Source of the DNA: an uncultured Sulfitobacter sp.
GTDB taxonomy: Bacteria; Pseudomonadota; Alphaproteobacteria; Rhodobacterales; Rhodobacteraceae
Reading direction: 5' to 3'
DNA length: 64,000 bases
Assembly: GCA_963933905.1 (NCBI GenBank)
Contig: CAWVWS010000002.1
Span: forward strand, 8,382-72,381
The notes under the pieces: generated by a model
Database searches by the model: none
Told to the model about the DNA's origin: nothing
The model's input: only the letters and a program-made list of their open reading frames with translations
Program-made: the position numbers and the translations under genes
Part shown: in pieces, positions 52,001-63,077 of the stretch
Layout: each line of letters starts with the position of its first letter
How positions within the stretch are numbered: the stretch's first letter is position 1

Positions 52001-54462
52001 GTCATCCGACGCTCGATAGGGCGCCCCGACCCTTCTACTACCCGGGCCGTAATGGCGAGTTCGAGAGGCTGGCTTGGCACTTCGTCAATCTGCGGCAGGG
52101 TCAAAGGCAGCGTCACCACTCCCCGCGCGTCAGTGCGGGCGGGGTCAAAATACGCGGTTCGCGCATCAAACCGCGCGTCATGAAGGCCGAATAAATATCC
52201 GCTGTGCGCCGCAAGGCTTCGGGTCTTGCGCATCCGCACTTCGCCTTCCACGGCCAAATCACCAGCAGGTGCGCCAAACAAATACCGCGCTTCAATTTGA
52301 AGGGGCGGCGTATCGCCCAGCGCAATGGGTCTATCGTCAAGCGCCATGTCGAAGTCGATCCGGTCAGGCAGGAAATCCTCGACAAGTACAGTTTAGGAAG
52401 CAAGTGACCCCTGTGCAGGATCGGAAATAATGTCCAAACGCCACGCCCCGCGCGGCACTTGCGACCCGACAGGCAGAGCAAAGACGTGGCAACCTACCTT
52501 GGCATTGGCAGTCAGGGTTCTGCTGTATTCCGCACCGTCAGGACGGGTCAGCACCGCCACCAAGGGCAAGCCGTTGATCGCGCGGCCCTGTTCGTCACGC
52601 GTCAGGACGGTTGCGAAGATTGTCTCACCGACGCGGTAGGCTCCTCGGTCCGTCGTCAGAAAAGTATCAATTGCAGGCGCTGGCGGCAGCCCCTCAACAC
52701 CGCGATCCGACAGGTCAAATGCCGGATCTTTAAGCGATAGAAATGCGACGTCGCCAGAGGCATCCTGCGCCATAAGCAAAGCGGGCGCACTTGCGCCACT
52801 GCCACGGGTGAGGCCACTTGCAAACTTTGCGCGGCCCTGCACATCGGTAACAGTTTCACCCAGCAACGCATTTGCACGCGATAGCAGGGTCAGTGTCACA
52901 TCCTCGCGTGCCATCGCATCACCCAGCCCCAGAACCATCACGGACAGCCCATCATTTCCTGACATCGTGCTCAAGCCCAGATCAGTCAGAATAAACCACT
53001 GTGTTGCTGCGGGGGTCTCGTAGGGATCAGCCCCTTTTATCGCGGCCATCAGGGCATAGATGCCTGCGGGCTGATCGGCCAATGCCTCGCTCAAGGGCAG
53101 CCGCGTGGTCATCGCCATGTTGAGTGTGTTTTGCACAACACCTGTGCCCTCTCAGACATCCTGCGCGATGGTGGAGGAAAAGGCATCTTCTTCATATTTA
53201 CTCAGGGGTTTGCCGAAATATCTGTCCTGCATGGCGCGCAGCAAATTGCGGTCACTTATGCGGCGTAGTTTGAGTGTGACTGTATCCGTATTGACTGTTT
53301 CCACAGGCAAAGCAGCATCGCCCCCACGTGGCAAGACATGGGCACGGCCCGCAAAACGCACAGAAGGATCACGGTCGCGAACGTATTGAACCACTGTCAC
53401 ATCTTTATGCAGCGTTTCGCCACTTGCCGCAGGCAGGCCCACCCGAAAGGTCGCGGTATAGCGGGTGCCAAAAGTGACACCATCAATGCAGAGGGTTTGG
53501 CTGTCGGCCTCTACGACCAGCTTGGAATCTTCCAGCCGCACAAAGGTGGCGTAGTCTATGCCCGTCTCAACCAGCTTTTCGGAAAATTCCGCACATATCC
53601 GTGGCCGCGCCGTATTATTGTCAACACGCGTGTTTGTAATGCGAAAACCGTATTTCCCGATTGCTTCATCAAGTGCGGCCTCAAGCTCTGCACGCGGCTC
53701 GAGTGTCACAGCAAGGCGGAGTGGGCCGATCATATCCCGCCCACGGCGGTTCGCTTCAAGAGCACGGGCCAGAAGATCCAATGCGGTCACACGCGCGTCC
53801 ATCGTCGTTGCGCGCAGATAGGCGTTGGTTGCGGCGGCCACTGCCTCATTTGACAAGCGGCGGGCGAGATCCCGCGACGTGTCCCCCCGCGGACGCAGTC
53901 CAAGCCATGCCATACGCGCCCATAAATCGCCCCTATCTGTCAGAGCAACCACTTGTCCTGCCCAGCGCGCAGCGGCAGCAACATCGCCCCGCCCGATCGC
54001 GGCATCCATTGCAGCAACTAGATCAGGGGCGTAGTCGCCGTCTATCGGATGACGCTCGGCATTCAGACGCGCGAGTTCTGTTGCCGTATCAAAGTCCTGA
54101 GTACCCAAAAACTCAAGCTCACCCTTCCGGGTCAAAGCAAGGGTTTGCGCCTGTGCGCTCGAGACAAGCTTGCGCGCTGAAACCGCGCCTGCAAAAAACT
54201 GTTCTTCAGTCACTTCAGATTTGGGGAAACATGCGTTGGAACGGGTGTTAAACGTGAAGGCAGTGCAGGCTGCTTGTGCCGTACATGCCCTTGCGCAAGA
54301 TTCCCGTGTTGTCTCGAACAGGGGCCCAAGGTCCGCACCGTAAAAATCAGTATCGTTGCTGTAGATATATCGATGCTCGGGCAGGACCTGCTGCGCCATT
54401 GCTCCAAAAGTTCCCGCGACCAGCCAAGCCACCACACCTATTACCTGCATCGAAATACGCAT
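49042..54462 (-). pseudogene. Bacterial alpha-2-macroglobulin with N-terminal PAN/apple-like domain; in-frame TGA (53152-53154) and TAA (52393-52395)
   Basis: Three ORFs in one frame: QDV*EGTG and LAS*TVLVEDFLPDR; TDRGAYR; thioester YPYGCTEQ; C-terminal DMYRP; 1807 codons; ATGA overlap with pbpC. Confidence 0.93.
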
Positions 54463-54597
54463 GACAGAATCCTATTTTGTTTAATGACCCCAGCGTGACA
54501 TGCCGCAATGCATGCAGGCAAGGTTATTGGTTTTAAGATGATCTTTACTCGCCATGCGGCAAAAGAAGGCCTGCACCCTGCGATTAATGAGGAATGG

Positions 54598-56769
54598 ATG
54601 AGCCTACAGCAAAAACTCACCGAGGAGCGGCGTGGTCGTTTGGCGGCAGAACGAATGCTAGAGCTCAAGAAAGCAGAGCTTTTTGCCGCGAACCGCAAGC
54701 TTGGCCGCAATACACACGAGCTGAGCGATGAAATCGTCGGCACCCGTGCGCTGATGGAAAGTATGGGTGCTGAGAATCGCAAGGTGAAGTCCGACCTGAC
54801 AGCAGCCCATGAGAAAATCGCTGTGGTCGAGCGGCGGCTGTGGCACTCCATTGAGACGATCAAGGACGGGTTTGCATTTTTCGACGGGGACAACCGTCTG
54901 ATCATGGCAAATCAGGCGTACTTGGCCGTGTTTGAGGGCCTTGAGGTCATTCAAACGGGGGCCAATTTTGTGACCATTCTACAGGCGCTCACCGATGAAG
55001 GCATTGTTGATTTGGGCGGTATGGAACCAACAGCATGGCGTCAAAGGATGCTCACCCGTTTTCAGGCCCGTCATCCAGAGCCGGAGGTGATCCAGCTATG
55101 GAATGGCAACTATATCAAGATGATCGACCAGCGCGGACCAGGGGGTGATGTGGTTTCGCTCGGCCTCGATATAACGGCCACTGTCAAATACGAGCGGGAG
55201 TTGGATGCCGCGCGTGAACTTGCCGAATCGGCCAACCGGGCCAAGTCTGCCTTTTTGGCCAACATGAGCCATGAAATCCGCACACCCATGAACGGTGTCG
55301 TCGGGATGGCTGATCTGTTGGACGACACGCATCTCAACGAAGAACAACGGCTTTATGTCCAGACCATCAAAAACTCTGGTGAGGCCCTGTTGGTGATCAT
55401 CAATGACGTGCTTGATTACTCCAAGATCGAGGCTGACCGTCTTGAACTTGTGATGGCGTCCTTTGATCTGGAGCGTGCCTGTCAGGAAGTCATCATGCTG
55501 CTGCAACCGATGGCGCGTGAAAAGGGGCTTGAACTTTTGCTCGACTACGACCTGTTTTTGCCCACTGATCTCATGGGCGACGCAGGTCGTGTGCGGCAGG
55601 TTCTCACGAACCTGATCGGCAATGCGGTCAAATTTACGACCGACGGCCATGTTCTGATCCGTGTCACGGGAATCGCGGACGCGACTACTGGGAATGTTTC
55701 GGTCCATATCGCCGTTGAGGACATAGGCATCGGTTTTCCAGCGCATATGACCGACCATATTTTCGGTGAGTTCAATCAGGTCGAGAACCAGCGGAACCGC
55801 CAATTTGACGGTACCGGCCTCGGTCTCGCGATTACCAAACGGTTGGTACAGCTCATGCGAGGCGAAATTTGGGTCACCTCGGAAGAGGGAGTTGGGTCCT
55901 GTTTTGGCTTCAAAATGGAGATGTCGGCCAATGACCCTATAGACACGGCTTACCCGTCTCTACCCCGCGAGATACGCCGCGTGATGGTGGTGGATGATAT
56001 GGCCGCCAACCGCATCATCCTCGAGCGGCAACTGGCCCAGTTACGACTTCAGACTGTGGGCGTCACAAATACGGCCACTGCACTGGCTGAACTAGATGAT
56101 ACAATTGACCTGATCATTACCGATCACAAACTACCCCATCTGGACGCCCTCAACCTGATCGAAAAACTGAAAGAACGGGGGAGCGCTGTTCCTGTTCTGC
56201 TAGTGTCATCGAACCTGCTTGGGCTTACTGACGATCCTCGTGCAAACGATTTCATAGGCATGTTGCAGAAACCGTTGCCGCGCCGGGTTCTGTTTACCGC
56301 GTTGGAGAAAATCTCGCCTGCGACACACGTGCAGGAGCGCGCAACTGCGTCCCGCAAAATGCGGGTATTGGCCGCAGAAGATAACCGGACCAACCAGCTC
56401 GTCTTTAGCAAGATGGTCAAAGCGCTCAATATCGAGCTGGAGTTTGCGGCAAATGGGGAGGAGGCTGTTGATCTCTACCAATCGTTCTCGCCTGATCTGG
56501 TCTTTATGGATATCTCCATGCCCCGCATGGACGGGAAACAGGCCACCCAAAAAATACGCGAGATTGAAGCGCGCACGGGGAAGCATATTCCAGTAGTGGC
56601 AATGACCGCACACGCAATGCCCGACGACGATAAATCAATCCTCAAAGCTGGCCTAGATCATTATCTCAGCAAGCCATTGCGCCGCGCCTCAATTGAGGAG
56701 CATGTCAAGCTCGCCCAGCCCGAAGGGACGGAGCCATTGTTCGCAAACGACGCTCAGGACGCGGGATAG
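54598..56769 (+). CDS. Cytoplasmic hybrid sensor histidine kinase (coiled coil-PAS-HisKA-HATPase-REC-REC)
   Basis: [25 protein letters not shown] and GTGLGL; receivers VVDD..ITD and AED..FMDISMP; no TM segment; start uncertain (54508-54598). Confidence 0.92.
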   Translation: MSLQQKLTEERRGRLAAERMLELKKAELFAANRKLGRNTHELSDEIVGTRALMESMGAENRKVKSDLTAAHEKIAVVERRLWHSIETIKDGFAFFDGDNRLIMANQAYLAVFEGLEVIQTGANFVTILQALTDEGIVDLGGMEPTAWRQRMLTRFQARHPEPEVIQLWNGNYIKMIDQRGPGGDVVSLGLDITATVKYERELDAARELAESANRAKSAFLANMSHEIRTPMNGVVGMADLLDDTHLNEEQRLYVQTIKNSGEALLVIINDVLDYSKIEADRLELVMASFDLERACQEVIMLLQPMAREKGLELLLDYDLFLPTDLMGDAGRVRQVLTNLIGNAVKFTTDGHVLIRVTGIADATTGNVSVHIAVEDIGIGFPAHMTDHIFGEFNQVENQRNRQFDGTGLGLAITKRLVQLMRGEIWVTSEEGVGSCFGFKMEMSANDPIDTAYPSLPREIRRVMVVDDMAANRIILERQLAQLRLQTVGVTNTATALAELDDTIDLIITDHKLPHLDALNLIEKLKERGSAVPVLLVSSNLLGLTDDPRANDFIGMLQKPLPRRVLFTALEKISPATHVQERATASRKMRVLAAEDNRTNQLVFSKMVKALNIELEFAANGEEAVDLYQSFSPDLVFMDISMPRMDGKQATQKIREIEARTGKHIPVVAMTAHAMPDDDKSILKAGLDHYLSKPLRRASIEEHVKLAQPEGTEPLFANDAQDAG

Positions 56770-57533
56770 GGGCGCAGAAACACAGGCGCATCAGGCTTGG
56801 ACAACTCAGGCATATGGGCATAGCCACCCGTGTCAAAATCAAGAAGACCCTCGGCCGTGTTGATCCGGTTTTGCATGACAAACCGTGCCATCGCACCGCG
56901 TGCTTTCTTTGCATAAAAGCTGACGATCTTTGGCCCCTTGCCGTCTCCTTTGTCTTCCATGAACTGCGGTGTAATCACGCGCAGGTTCAGCGCCTTTAGA
57001 TCAACCGCGCCAAAATATTCCTGACTGGCACAATTTACCAAAACATCGCTACCAGTGGACCCTGCCTGTGAGTTCAGTGCTTCAGAAAGTGCTGATCCCC
57101 AATATTCATAGAGATTCTTGCCGCGCTCCGTCTTTAGCCGGCTGCCCATTTCCAAGCGGTAAGGCTGGATCGCGTCAAGCGGACGCAACACGCCGTACAA
57201 GCCCGACAAAATGCGGAGGTGATCTTGAGCAAAGGCCATCTCGTCCGCATCGAGGCTATCTGCTTCCAAACCCTGATAGGTATCCCCTGCGAAGGCCAGC
57301 GCAGCAGGGCGTGTCAAATCAACCTCTGGAGCCTCAACATAGCTTTGAAAACGGTCACGATTGAGCGTTGCAAGGTTTTCGCTAAGTGACATAAGCGATT
57401 TCAGGTCGCTCAAACTAAGACCGCGCGCAGCTTTCACCAGCTGTGCGGCATCATCCAGAAAATCGGGGGTAGATGTGGCCACATCGCGCTCGGCCCAGTC
57501 CAGCTTTTTCGCTGGCGAAATCACAACAAGCAT
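56754..57533 (-). CDS. yaaA: Peroxide stress protein YaaA
   Basis: [26 protein letters not shown] and AKKARG. Confidence 0.93.
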   Translation of the reverse strand: MLVVISPAKKLDWAERDVATSTPDFLDDAAQLVKAARGLSLSDLKSLMSLSENLATLNRDRFQSYVEAPEVDLTRPAALAFAGDTYQGLEADSLDADEMAFAQDHLRILSGLYGVLRPLDAIQPYRLEMGSRLKTERGKNLYEYWGSALSEALNSQAGSTGSDVLVNCASQEYFGAVDLKALNLRVITPQFMEDKGDGKGPKIVSFYAKKARGAMARFVMQNRINTAEGLLDFDTGGYAHMPELSKPDAPVFLRPYPAS

Positions 57534-57562
57534 ATTCGCTCCTCTTTGTTCTAGAATGGTAT

Positions 57563-59608
57563 CTAGTCCGCGCCCCGCAGCACGTCCAGAAATGCGGTGC
57601 CAAAACGCTCGGCCCGCTTGTCTCCCAACACCCGCTCAATGGCATTTGCATCCGCATTGTGCATCTGTGCTACCTTGGCCAACAATGATGCAGAACAACT
57701 CAGCGGCTTTTCCGTACCCAATGCGCCACGCGACAGTTCTGCCTGCACTTCGAGCAGTTGGTCATAGAGATCGCCTGCACCGCGTCCGGCAAGCTTGCGG
57801 CGCTGGGGGTGCATCATTTCGGCTTCACCGTTGATCACTTCGAGAAAGGCAGCGCCATAGCTTTCCAGCTTTTTGGCACCGATGCCGCTGATCCCTGCCA
57901 TCTGGTCAAGGTTTGCGGGCCGTGTCTCTGCCATCTCGATCAGGGTGCGGTCCGTAAAGATGATGTAGGCTGGCACTTTAGCCGCTTCCGCCAGCCCGCG
58001 ACGCTTGGCCTTGAGCGCACTGAGCAAGGGCGCGTCTTCCTCGTTCACCATCGCTTTAACGGCAGGACGGCGCGAAGAACCCGCAGCTTTGATGCTGTCA
58101 CGGCGCAGGGTTATCGTTTGTTCGTCTCGCAGGATCGGCAGTGCCGCATCCGTCATGCGCAGGGCACCGTGGCGTGTGGGATCAGGGCGCACCAGATCAC
58201 GGCCCATCATCTGGCGGAACACAGCTTGCCATTCAGGCTTGGAATACTCGGTCCCAACCCCATAGGTCGGCAGTGACTGGTGACCGCGCTGCTTCACCTT
58301 ATCCGTCTTGTTACCGAGCAGGATGTCGATCAAGTGGCCCGCGCCAAACCATTCATCCGTGCGCAGCATGGCTGACAAAGCTTTTCTCACTGCTGTGGTC
58401 CCATCAAACGTATCAACGGGGTTATCACAGAGGTCACAGCGGCTGCAGGTTACTTCGCTCTCGTCAAAATAACCGAGCAGCGTTTTACGCCGACATTCCA
58501 ATGCTTCGGCCAAACCAAGCAGCGCGTTGAGGCGGCCATGATCCGCCGCGCGGCGTTCTGGCGGGGCAAGCCCTTCGTCGATCTGGGTGCGGCGCAAACG
58601 AATGTCTTCAGGCCCGAACAAAGTGAGCGTTTCGGCAGGCGCACCGTCACGACCCGCGCGGCCAATTTCCTGATAATAGCTCTCAATACTCTTAGGCAGA
58701 TCGGCGTGGGCGACCCAGCGGATGTCAGGCTTGTCGATGCCCATACCGAAGGCAACGGTCGCCGCCACGATCAATCCGTCCTCTTGCTGGAACCTGCGCT
58801 CTGCGATGCGTCGGTCCTCCGCTTCCATTCCACCGTGGTAATGGATCGCGGTTTGTCCCGCATCATTGAGCGCCTTTGCTATGCCTTCGGTCTTGGCCCG
58901 TGTCCCGCAATAGACGATGCCGGATTGCCCCCTTCTTGCGGCAGCAAAGTTGAGGATCTGGTTGCGCGGTGAATTCTTTGACGCGAATGCCAAATGGATG
59001 TTGGGGCGGTCAAAACCACCAAGAAAGCTGCGTGGGGGCGTGCCTTCAAACAGCTTTTGCACAATCTCGTCGCGGGTTTCAGCATCGGCAGTCGCAGTAA
59101 ATGCGGCCAGCGGTACGTTCAGCGCTCTCTTCAACTCACCGATGCGCAAATAGTCAGGTCGGAAATCATGGCCCCACTGGCTCACACAATGCGCCTCATC
59201 CACGGCGATCATCTTGACCCCCACACGCTTGAGCATCCCGATAACAGAGCCAGCAGCGAGGCGTTCAGGCGCCATATAGAGAAGCTTGAGCGTACCCGCC
59301 TCAAGCCCTTCCCAAACCGCGTCGGTCTCTTCAGGGGTGTTGCCAGAGGTAAGGGCGCCTGCACCAACCCCCAATTCCTGCAAAGCGCGGACCTGATCGC
59401 GCATGAGAGCAATCAGGGGCGAGATTACAACGGTGACACCATCGCGCATCAATGCGGGCAATTGGAAACAAAGCGACTTACCACCGCCTGTGGGCATAAT
59501 GGCCAGCACGTTTTCCCCTGCGGTCACCGCCTCCACAATCTCTTCTTGTCCGGGGCGAAACCCGTCAAAACCGAATACATCTTTTAGCAGCGGTGTAGCG
59601 CCGGACAT
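57563..59608 (-). CDS. recQ: DNA helicase RecQ
   Basis: MPTGGGKS, DEAHCVSQWGHDFRP, QEIGRAGRDG, RQC Zn cysteines and HRDC. Confidence 0.97.
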   Translation of the reverse strand: MSGATPLLKDVFGFDGFRPGQEEIVEAVTAGENVLAIMPTGGGKSLCFQLPALMRDGVTVVISPLIALMRDQVRALQELGVGAGALTSGNTPEETDAVWEGLEAGTLKLLYMAPERLAAGSVIGMLKRVGVKMIAVDEAHCVSQWGHDFRPDYLRIGELKRALNVPLAAFTATADAETRDEIVQKLFEGTPPRSFLGGFDRPNIHLAFASKNSPRNQILNFAAARRGQSGIVYCGTRAKTEGIAKALNDAGQTAIHYHGGMEAEDRRIAERRFQQEDGLIVAATVAFGMGIDKPDIRWVAHADLPKSIESYYQEIGRAGRDGAPAETLTLFGPEDIRLRRTQIDEGLAPPERRAADHGRLNALLGLAEALECRRKTLLGYFDESEVTCSRCDLCDNPVDTFDGTTAVRKALSAMLRTDEWFGAGHLIDILLGNKTDKVKQRGHQSLPTYGVGTEYSKPEWQAVFRQMMGRDLVRPDPTRHGALRMTDAALPILRDEQTITLRRDSIKAAGSSRRPAVKAMVNEEDAPLLSALKAKRRGLAEAAKVPAYIIFTDRTLIEMAETRPANLDQMAGISGIGAKKLESYGAAFLEVINGEAEMMHPQRRKLAGRGAGDLYDQLLEVQAELSRGALGTEKPLSCSASLLAKVAQMHNADANAIERVLGDKRAERFGTAFLDVLRGAD

Positions 59609-59719
59609 AAGGGAACCTGAAACTTGGGAAATGCAGCGCCCGCAGAGTCACATATCACTTGGTGAGGGGCAAGGGTCTGTCAGACCGATACGCACCTTTT
59701 CCTGACCCGCACAGAAAGA

Positions 59720-60007
59720 TTAAAAGAACAGGGCCGCATTGTTAGTCAGAACGATCCGCGCGACTGCAACACCGATCAGCACCGCAAGAGGTGCAAGATC
59801 AAGCCCGCCCATATTCGGCAGAACCCGCCGGATCGGAGCATAAATAGGCTCTAGCAACCGGTTAATGCCGTACCAGATTTGTGCAACCAAAGGCTGTCGC
59901 GTGTTCAGGACCTGAAAGTTGATCAACCATGACAGCACAACATGAGCGATGATAAAGAACCACAAGATGCTGAGCAAAAGCTGCAGAATTTGATAGAGGG
60001 ATGCCAT
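59720..60007 (-). CDS. yggT: YggT family membrane protein
   Basis: LSWLINF...EPIYAPIRRVLP..GGLDLAP. Confidence 0.92.
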   Translation of the reverse strand: MASLYQILQLLLSILWFFIIAHVVLSWLINFQVLNTRQPLVAQIWYGINRLLEPIYAPIRRVLPNMGGLDLAPLAVLIGVAVARIVLTNNAALFF

Positions 60008-60137
60008 GATTGTGATCCTTTTTTAAATCGTGTGACACGCAGTTAAGCCTGCTGCGCAAAAAGGACAAGGGTGCCGCGAGGTTCATGGTTGACGCCGTGC
60101 AAAGATGGGTCAATTGAGCGGGCAAAGGAGTCCTCCC

Positions 60138-60677
60138 ATGTTCCCGTTTATCCGCCTGATAAAAGATGTCTTTCTCGCAAGTCGCCAGCCGCCGCTCAAA
60201 ACGCTGACCGACGTGCATGTGTCACAGCATATTTGCTGGCCTCAGGATCTGGATATTTTTCTGGAACTTAACAATGGGCGCGCACTGACCCTTTATGATC
60301 TGGGGCGCATTGCGATGGCCCAGCGTGCAGGGCTGGTGACTGTTCTCAAACGCAAGCGGTGGGGCCTCACGATGGCGGGGTCACATGTACGCTTTCGCCG
60401 CCGCATTCGCGGGTTCGAGAGTTTTGAAGTGCGCAGTCGGGCGGTATGTTGGGATGACAAATTCATCTATATCGAGCAATCCATGTGGAAGCGTAACGGC
60501 GAATGCACAAGCCATGTACTGTACCGTTCAGCCGTGACGGACAAGAACGGGATTGTCATACCTGCCCGCGTACTCTCCGCGATGGGCCAAGACAGCCCGT
60601 CCCCCGAAATGCCCGAATGGATTGCACATTGGACCCGAGCGGAAAGCGCACGCCCATGGCCGCCAATGCAAGATTGA
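60138..60677 (+). CDS. Acyl-CoA thioesterase (4HBT-like)
   Basis: WPQDLDIFLELNNGRALTLYDLGR; AAGGAG SD. Confidence 0.87.
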   Translation: MFPFIRLIKDVFLASRQPPLKTLTDVHVSQHICWPQDLDIFLELNNGRALTLYDLGRIAMAQRAGLVTVLKRKRWGLTMAGSHVRFRRRIRGFESFEVRSRAVCWDDKFIYIEQSMWKRNGECTSHVLYRSAVTDKNGIVIPARVLSAMGQDSPSPEMPEWIAHWTRAESARPWPPMQD

Positions 60678-60756
60678 TGACGTAACGCTTCAAAGCAATT
60701 CTTGCACCAATGCAGCTGGCCTGTTCTATGATAACCCAAACGGGGAGTCGTGTTCA

Positions 60757-62130
60757 ATGTCAGTAGTACCAAAGCGCAAACGTATCTGGGGCTGGTACTT
60801 TTTTGACTGGGCCAGCCAACCGTATAACACGCTTCTTCTGACGTTTATTTTTGGGCCATATTTTACCAGCACCGTCACTGCCAACCTGATTTCAGAGGGT
60901 ATCGCAACTGAAGCGGCACGGGCCCAAGCTCAGGCTTATTGGGGGTGGGGACTTGCTGCCGCGGGTATTTGCATCGCTGTTCTGGCGCCTGTCCTTGGTG
61001 CAATAGCCGATAACTCAGGGCGTAAACTGCCGTGGATATGGGTGTTCTCGATCATGTATTTTGTGGGCTCGGGTGCCCTCTGGTGGGCTGCACCACAGGA
61101 TTTTTCAGTCCTCTGGACGCTATTCTTCTTTGGCATGGGTCTGATTGGGATGGAGTTTGCCACCATCTTTACCAATTCATATTTGCCCGAACTGGATGAC
61201 GACCCCAACCAGTTGGGACGCATCTCGGGCTCCGGTTGGGCCTTTGGCTATGTCGGCGGGTTGGTCGCGCTGGTCATCATGTTGCTGCTGTTTCAGGCCA
61301 CTGCAAACGGAACAACATTGATCGGTCTCAAGCCGCTGTTCGGGTTGGACACCGCGACCAAGGCGGACACCCGAGTTGTCGGCCCCTTGGCTGCAATCTG
61401 GTTTGCTGTCTTTATGATCCCCTTCTTCCTCTTTATTCGTGACACACGTGTTATTGGCGCAAAGCCACTCCTCATCGGGGAGAGTATGCGTGATCTCGGC
61501 AGAACCCTCAAAGGGTTGCCGAACCATCCATCGCTTATGGCCTATCTCGGCTCGTCGATGTTTTACCGCGATGCTTTGAACGGCCTTTATACCTTTGGCG
61601 GAGTTTACGCTGTCGGTGTCCTTGGATGGTCTACTACTGAAATCGGAATATTCGGAATTGTCGCGATTATTTCCGGTGCTGTCTTTTGCTGGATATCAGG
61701 GCGGGTTGACCGCAGGTTCGGACCGATGCCCGTGATTGTGGTCTGTGTGATTGCGTTGGCGTTTGTGTCACTTCTGGTCGTGTCGATCACACCCGAAACG
61801 ATTCTGTTTATTCCCATCGCAGCAGGCTCTCCCATGCCTGATGTCACCTTCTTTATTGCAGGGGCCGTAATCGGCGCAGCGGGTGGCGCGCTCCAAGCGT
61901 CCTCACGTACCATGATGACAAGGCAAGCCAACCCCGACAGAATGACAGAGGCCTTCGGCCTTTACGCCCTTTCTGGAAAAGCAACCTCATTCCTTGCCCC
62001 CGCATTGATCGCATTGACCAGTCAGATCACAGGCAGCCAGCGTTTGGGCGTGAGCCCGCTTGTGGGGCTGTTCATCATAGGGCTCATTCTGTTAATCTGG
62101 GTGAAACCAAAAGGGGATTTCTCCAAATGA
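60757..62130 (+). CDS. MFS transporter (Atg22/UMF1-like)
   Basis: WYFFDWASQPY, GRISGSGWAFGYVGG and FGLYALSGKA. Confidence 0.88.
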   Translation: MSVVPKRKRIWGWYFFDWASQPYNTLLLTFIFGPYFTSTVTANLISEGIATEAARAQAQAYWGWGLAAAGICIAVLAPVLGAIADNSGRKLPWIWVFSIMYFVGSGALWWAAPQDFSVLWTLFFFGMGLIGMEFATIFTNSYLPELDDDPNQLGRISGSGWAFGYVGGLVALVIMLLLFQATANGTTLIGLKPLFGLDTATKADTRVVGPLAAIWFAVFMIPFFLFIRDTRVIGAKPLLIGESMRDLGRTLKGLPNHPSLMAYLGSSMFYRDALNGLYTFGGVYAVGVLGWSTTEIGIFGIVAIISGAVFCWISGRVDRRFGPMPVIVVCVIALAFVSLLVVSITPETILFIPIAAGSPMPDVTFFIAGAVIGAAGGALQASSRTMMTRQANPDRMTEAFGLYALSGKATSFLAPALIALTSQITGSQRLGVSPLVGLFIIGLILLIWVKPKGDFSK

Positions 62131-63077
62131 AGATCAAAAACCTCCTGACTGTAGTCGCCTTGGGCATGGTAATCGCCAGCTGCGGCGGCGCGCGCGATAT
62201 CAGCGGGTCAAAAGCCAAGAAGGCCGAACTCCCAACAATCGGCGAGTTGGCGGGGCCGCTGGCGAATGTACAAGCAAAAAAGCTCTTTGGCACCAAGTCT
62301 TCAGGAACAAGCCAGGCCCCCGCCCCTCATGGCAGCTACGCCAAAGGGTGTCTGGCGGGTGGTGTACAACTGCCCGAAACTGGTCCGACATGGCAGGCAA
62401 TGCGCCTGTCGCGCGGGCGGAACTGGGGGCATCCTGAACTGATTGATGTGGTAACAAAGCTGAGCCAGTTTGCCGCGCAGCAGCCCGGATGGAACGGCCT
62501 TTATATCAGTGACTTGAGCCAACCGCGCGGTGGTCCGATGCTCACTGGACACCAGAGCCACCAGATCGGTCTTGATGCGGATATCTGGATGTTGCCTCCC
62601 AATTCGCTCAGCCTGACGCGCAAACAGCGTGAGAACATCTCCTCCATCTCGACCCGCCGTGCCAGTGGTGCCTATGTGAACAGCTCTTGGACAAATTCGC
62701 ATCACAAAATTATCAAAGCCGCAGCACAAGACCCACGCGTGGAGCGGATTTTTGTTTTCCCCGGAGCAAAGGTTCAGATGTGTGATGACGAGCGTGGCAA
62801 CCGGGCTTATCTGCGAAAAATCCGTCCTTGGTACGGGCACCACTACCACTTCCATGTCCGCCTCGCATGTCCCAAGGGGGCCAGCGGATGCCGTGACCAA
62901 AACCCGCCCCCCGCAGGTGACGGCTGTGACGATGCACGCGAATGGCAGGCAAATATCCTGAACCCGCCAAAAGCAAAACCAAAGCCCACGAAACCAGCCG
63001 CGCCCGCCAAAAAGCGTCGCGAGTTGGTACTGGCCGATCTCCCAGCACAGTGTAAATCCGTGCTCGATTCAAATTGA
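62127..63077 (+). CDS. mepA: Penicillin-insensitive murein endopeptidase
   Basis: RNWGHP, PRGGP..GHQSHQIGLDADIW and RPWYGHHYHFHVR; lipobox-like IASC. Confidence 0.93.
   Translation: MKIKNLLTVVALGMVIASCGGARDISGSKAKKAELPTIGELAGPLANVQAKKLFGTKSSGTSQAPAPHGSYAKGCLAGGVQLPETGPTWQAMRLSRGRNWGHPELIDVVTKLSQFAAQQPGWNGLYISDLSQPRGGPMLTGHQSHQIGLDADIWMLPPNSLSLTRKQRENISSISTRRASGAYVNSSWTNSHHKIIKAAAQDPRVERIFVFPGAKVQMCDDERGNRAYLRKIRPWYGHHYHFHVRLACPKGASGCRDQNPPPAGDGCDDAREWQANILNPPKAKPKPTKPAAPAKKRRELVLADLPAQCKSVLDSN

Noticed and set aside
1418-53154. Stop-codon reassignment or programmed read-through (amber recoding, Sec/Pyl) as an explanation for the in-frame stops
   Set aside because: All three stop types occur. 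TAG replaces different expected residues (Trp, Tyr, probably Gln or Lys). TAG, TGA and TAA all terminate normal genes here (paaK, polA, folC). I saw no shared downstream context.
54520-54540. Possible CtrA box upstream of the hybrid kinase (GGTTATTGGTTTTAAG)
   Set aside because: Half-site spacing does not fit TTAA-N7-TTAA.
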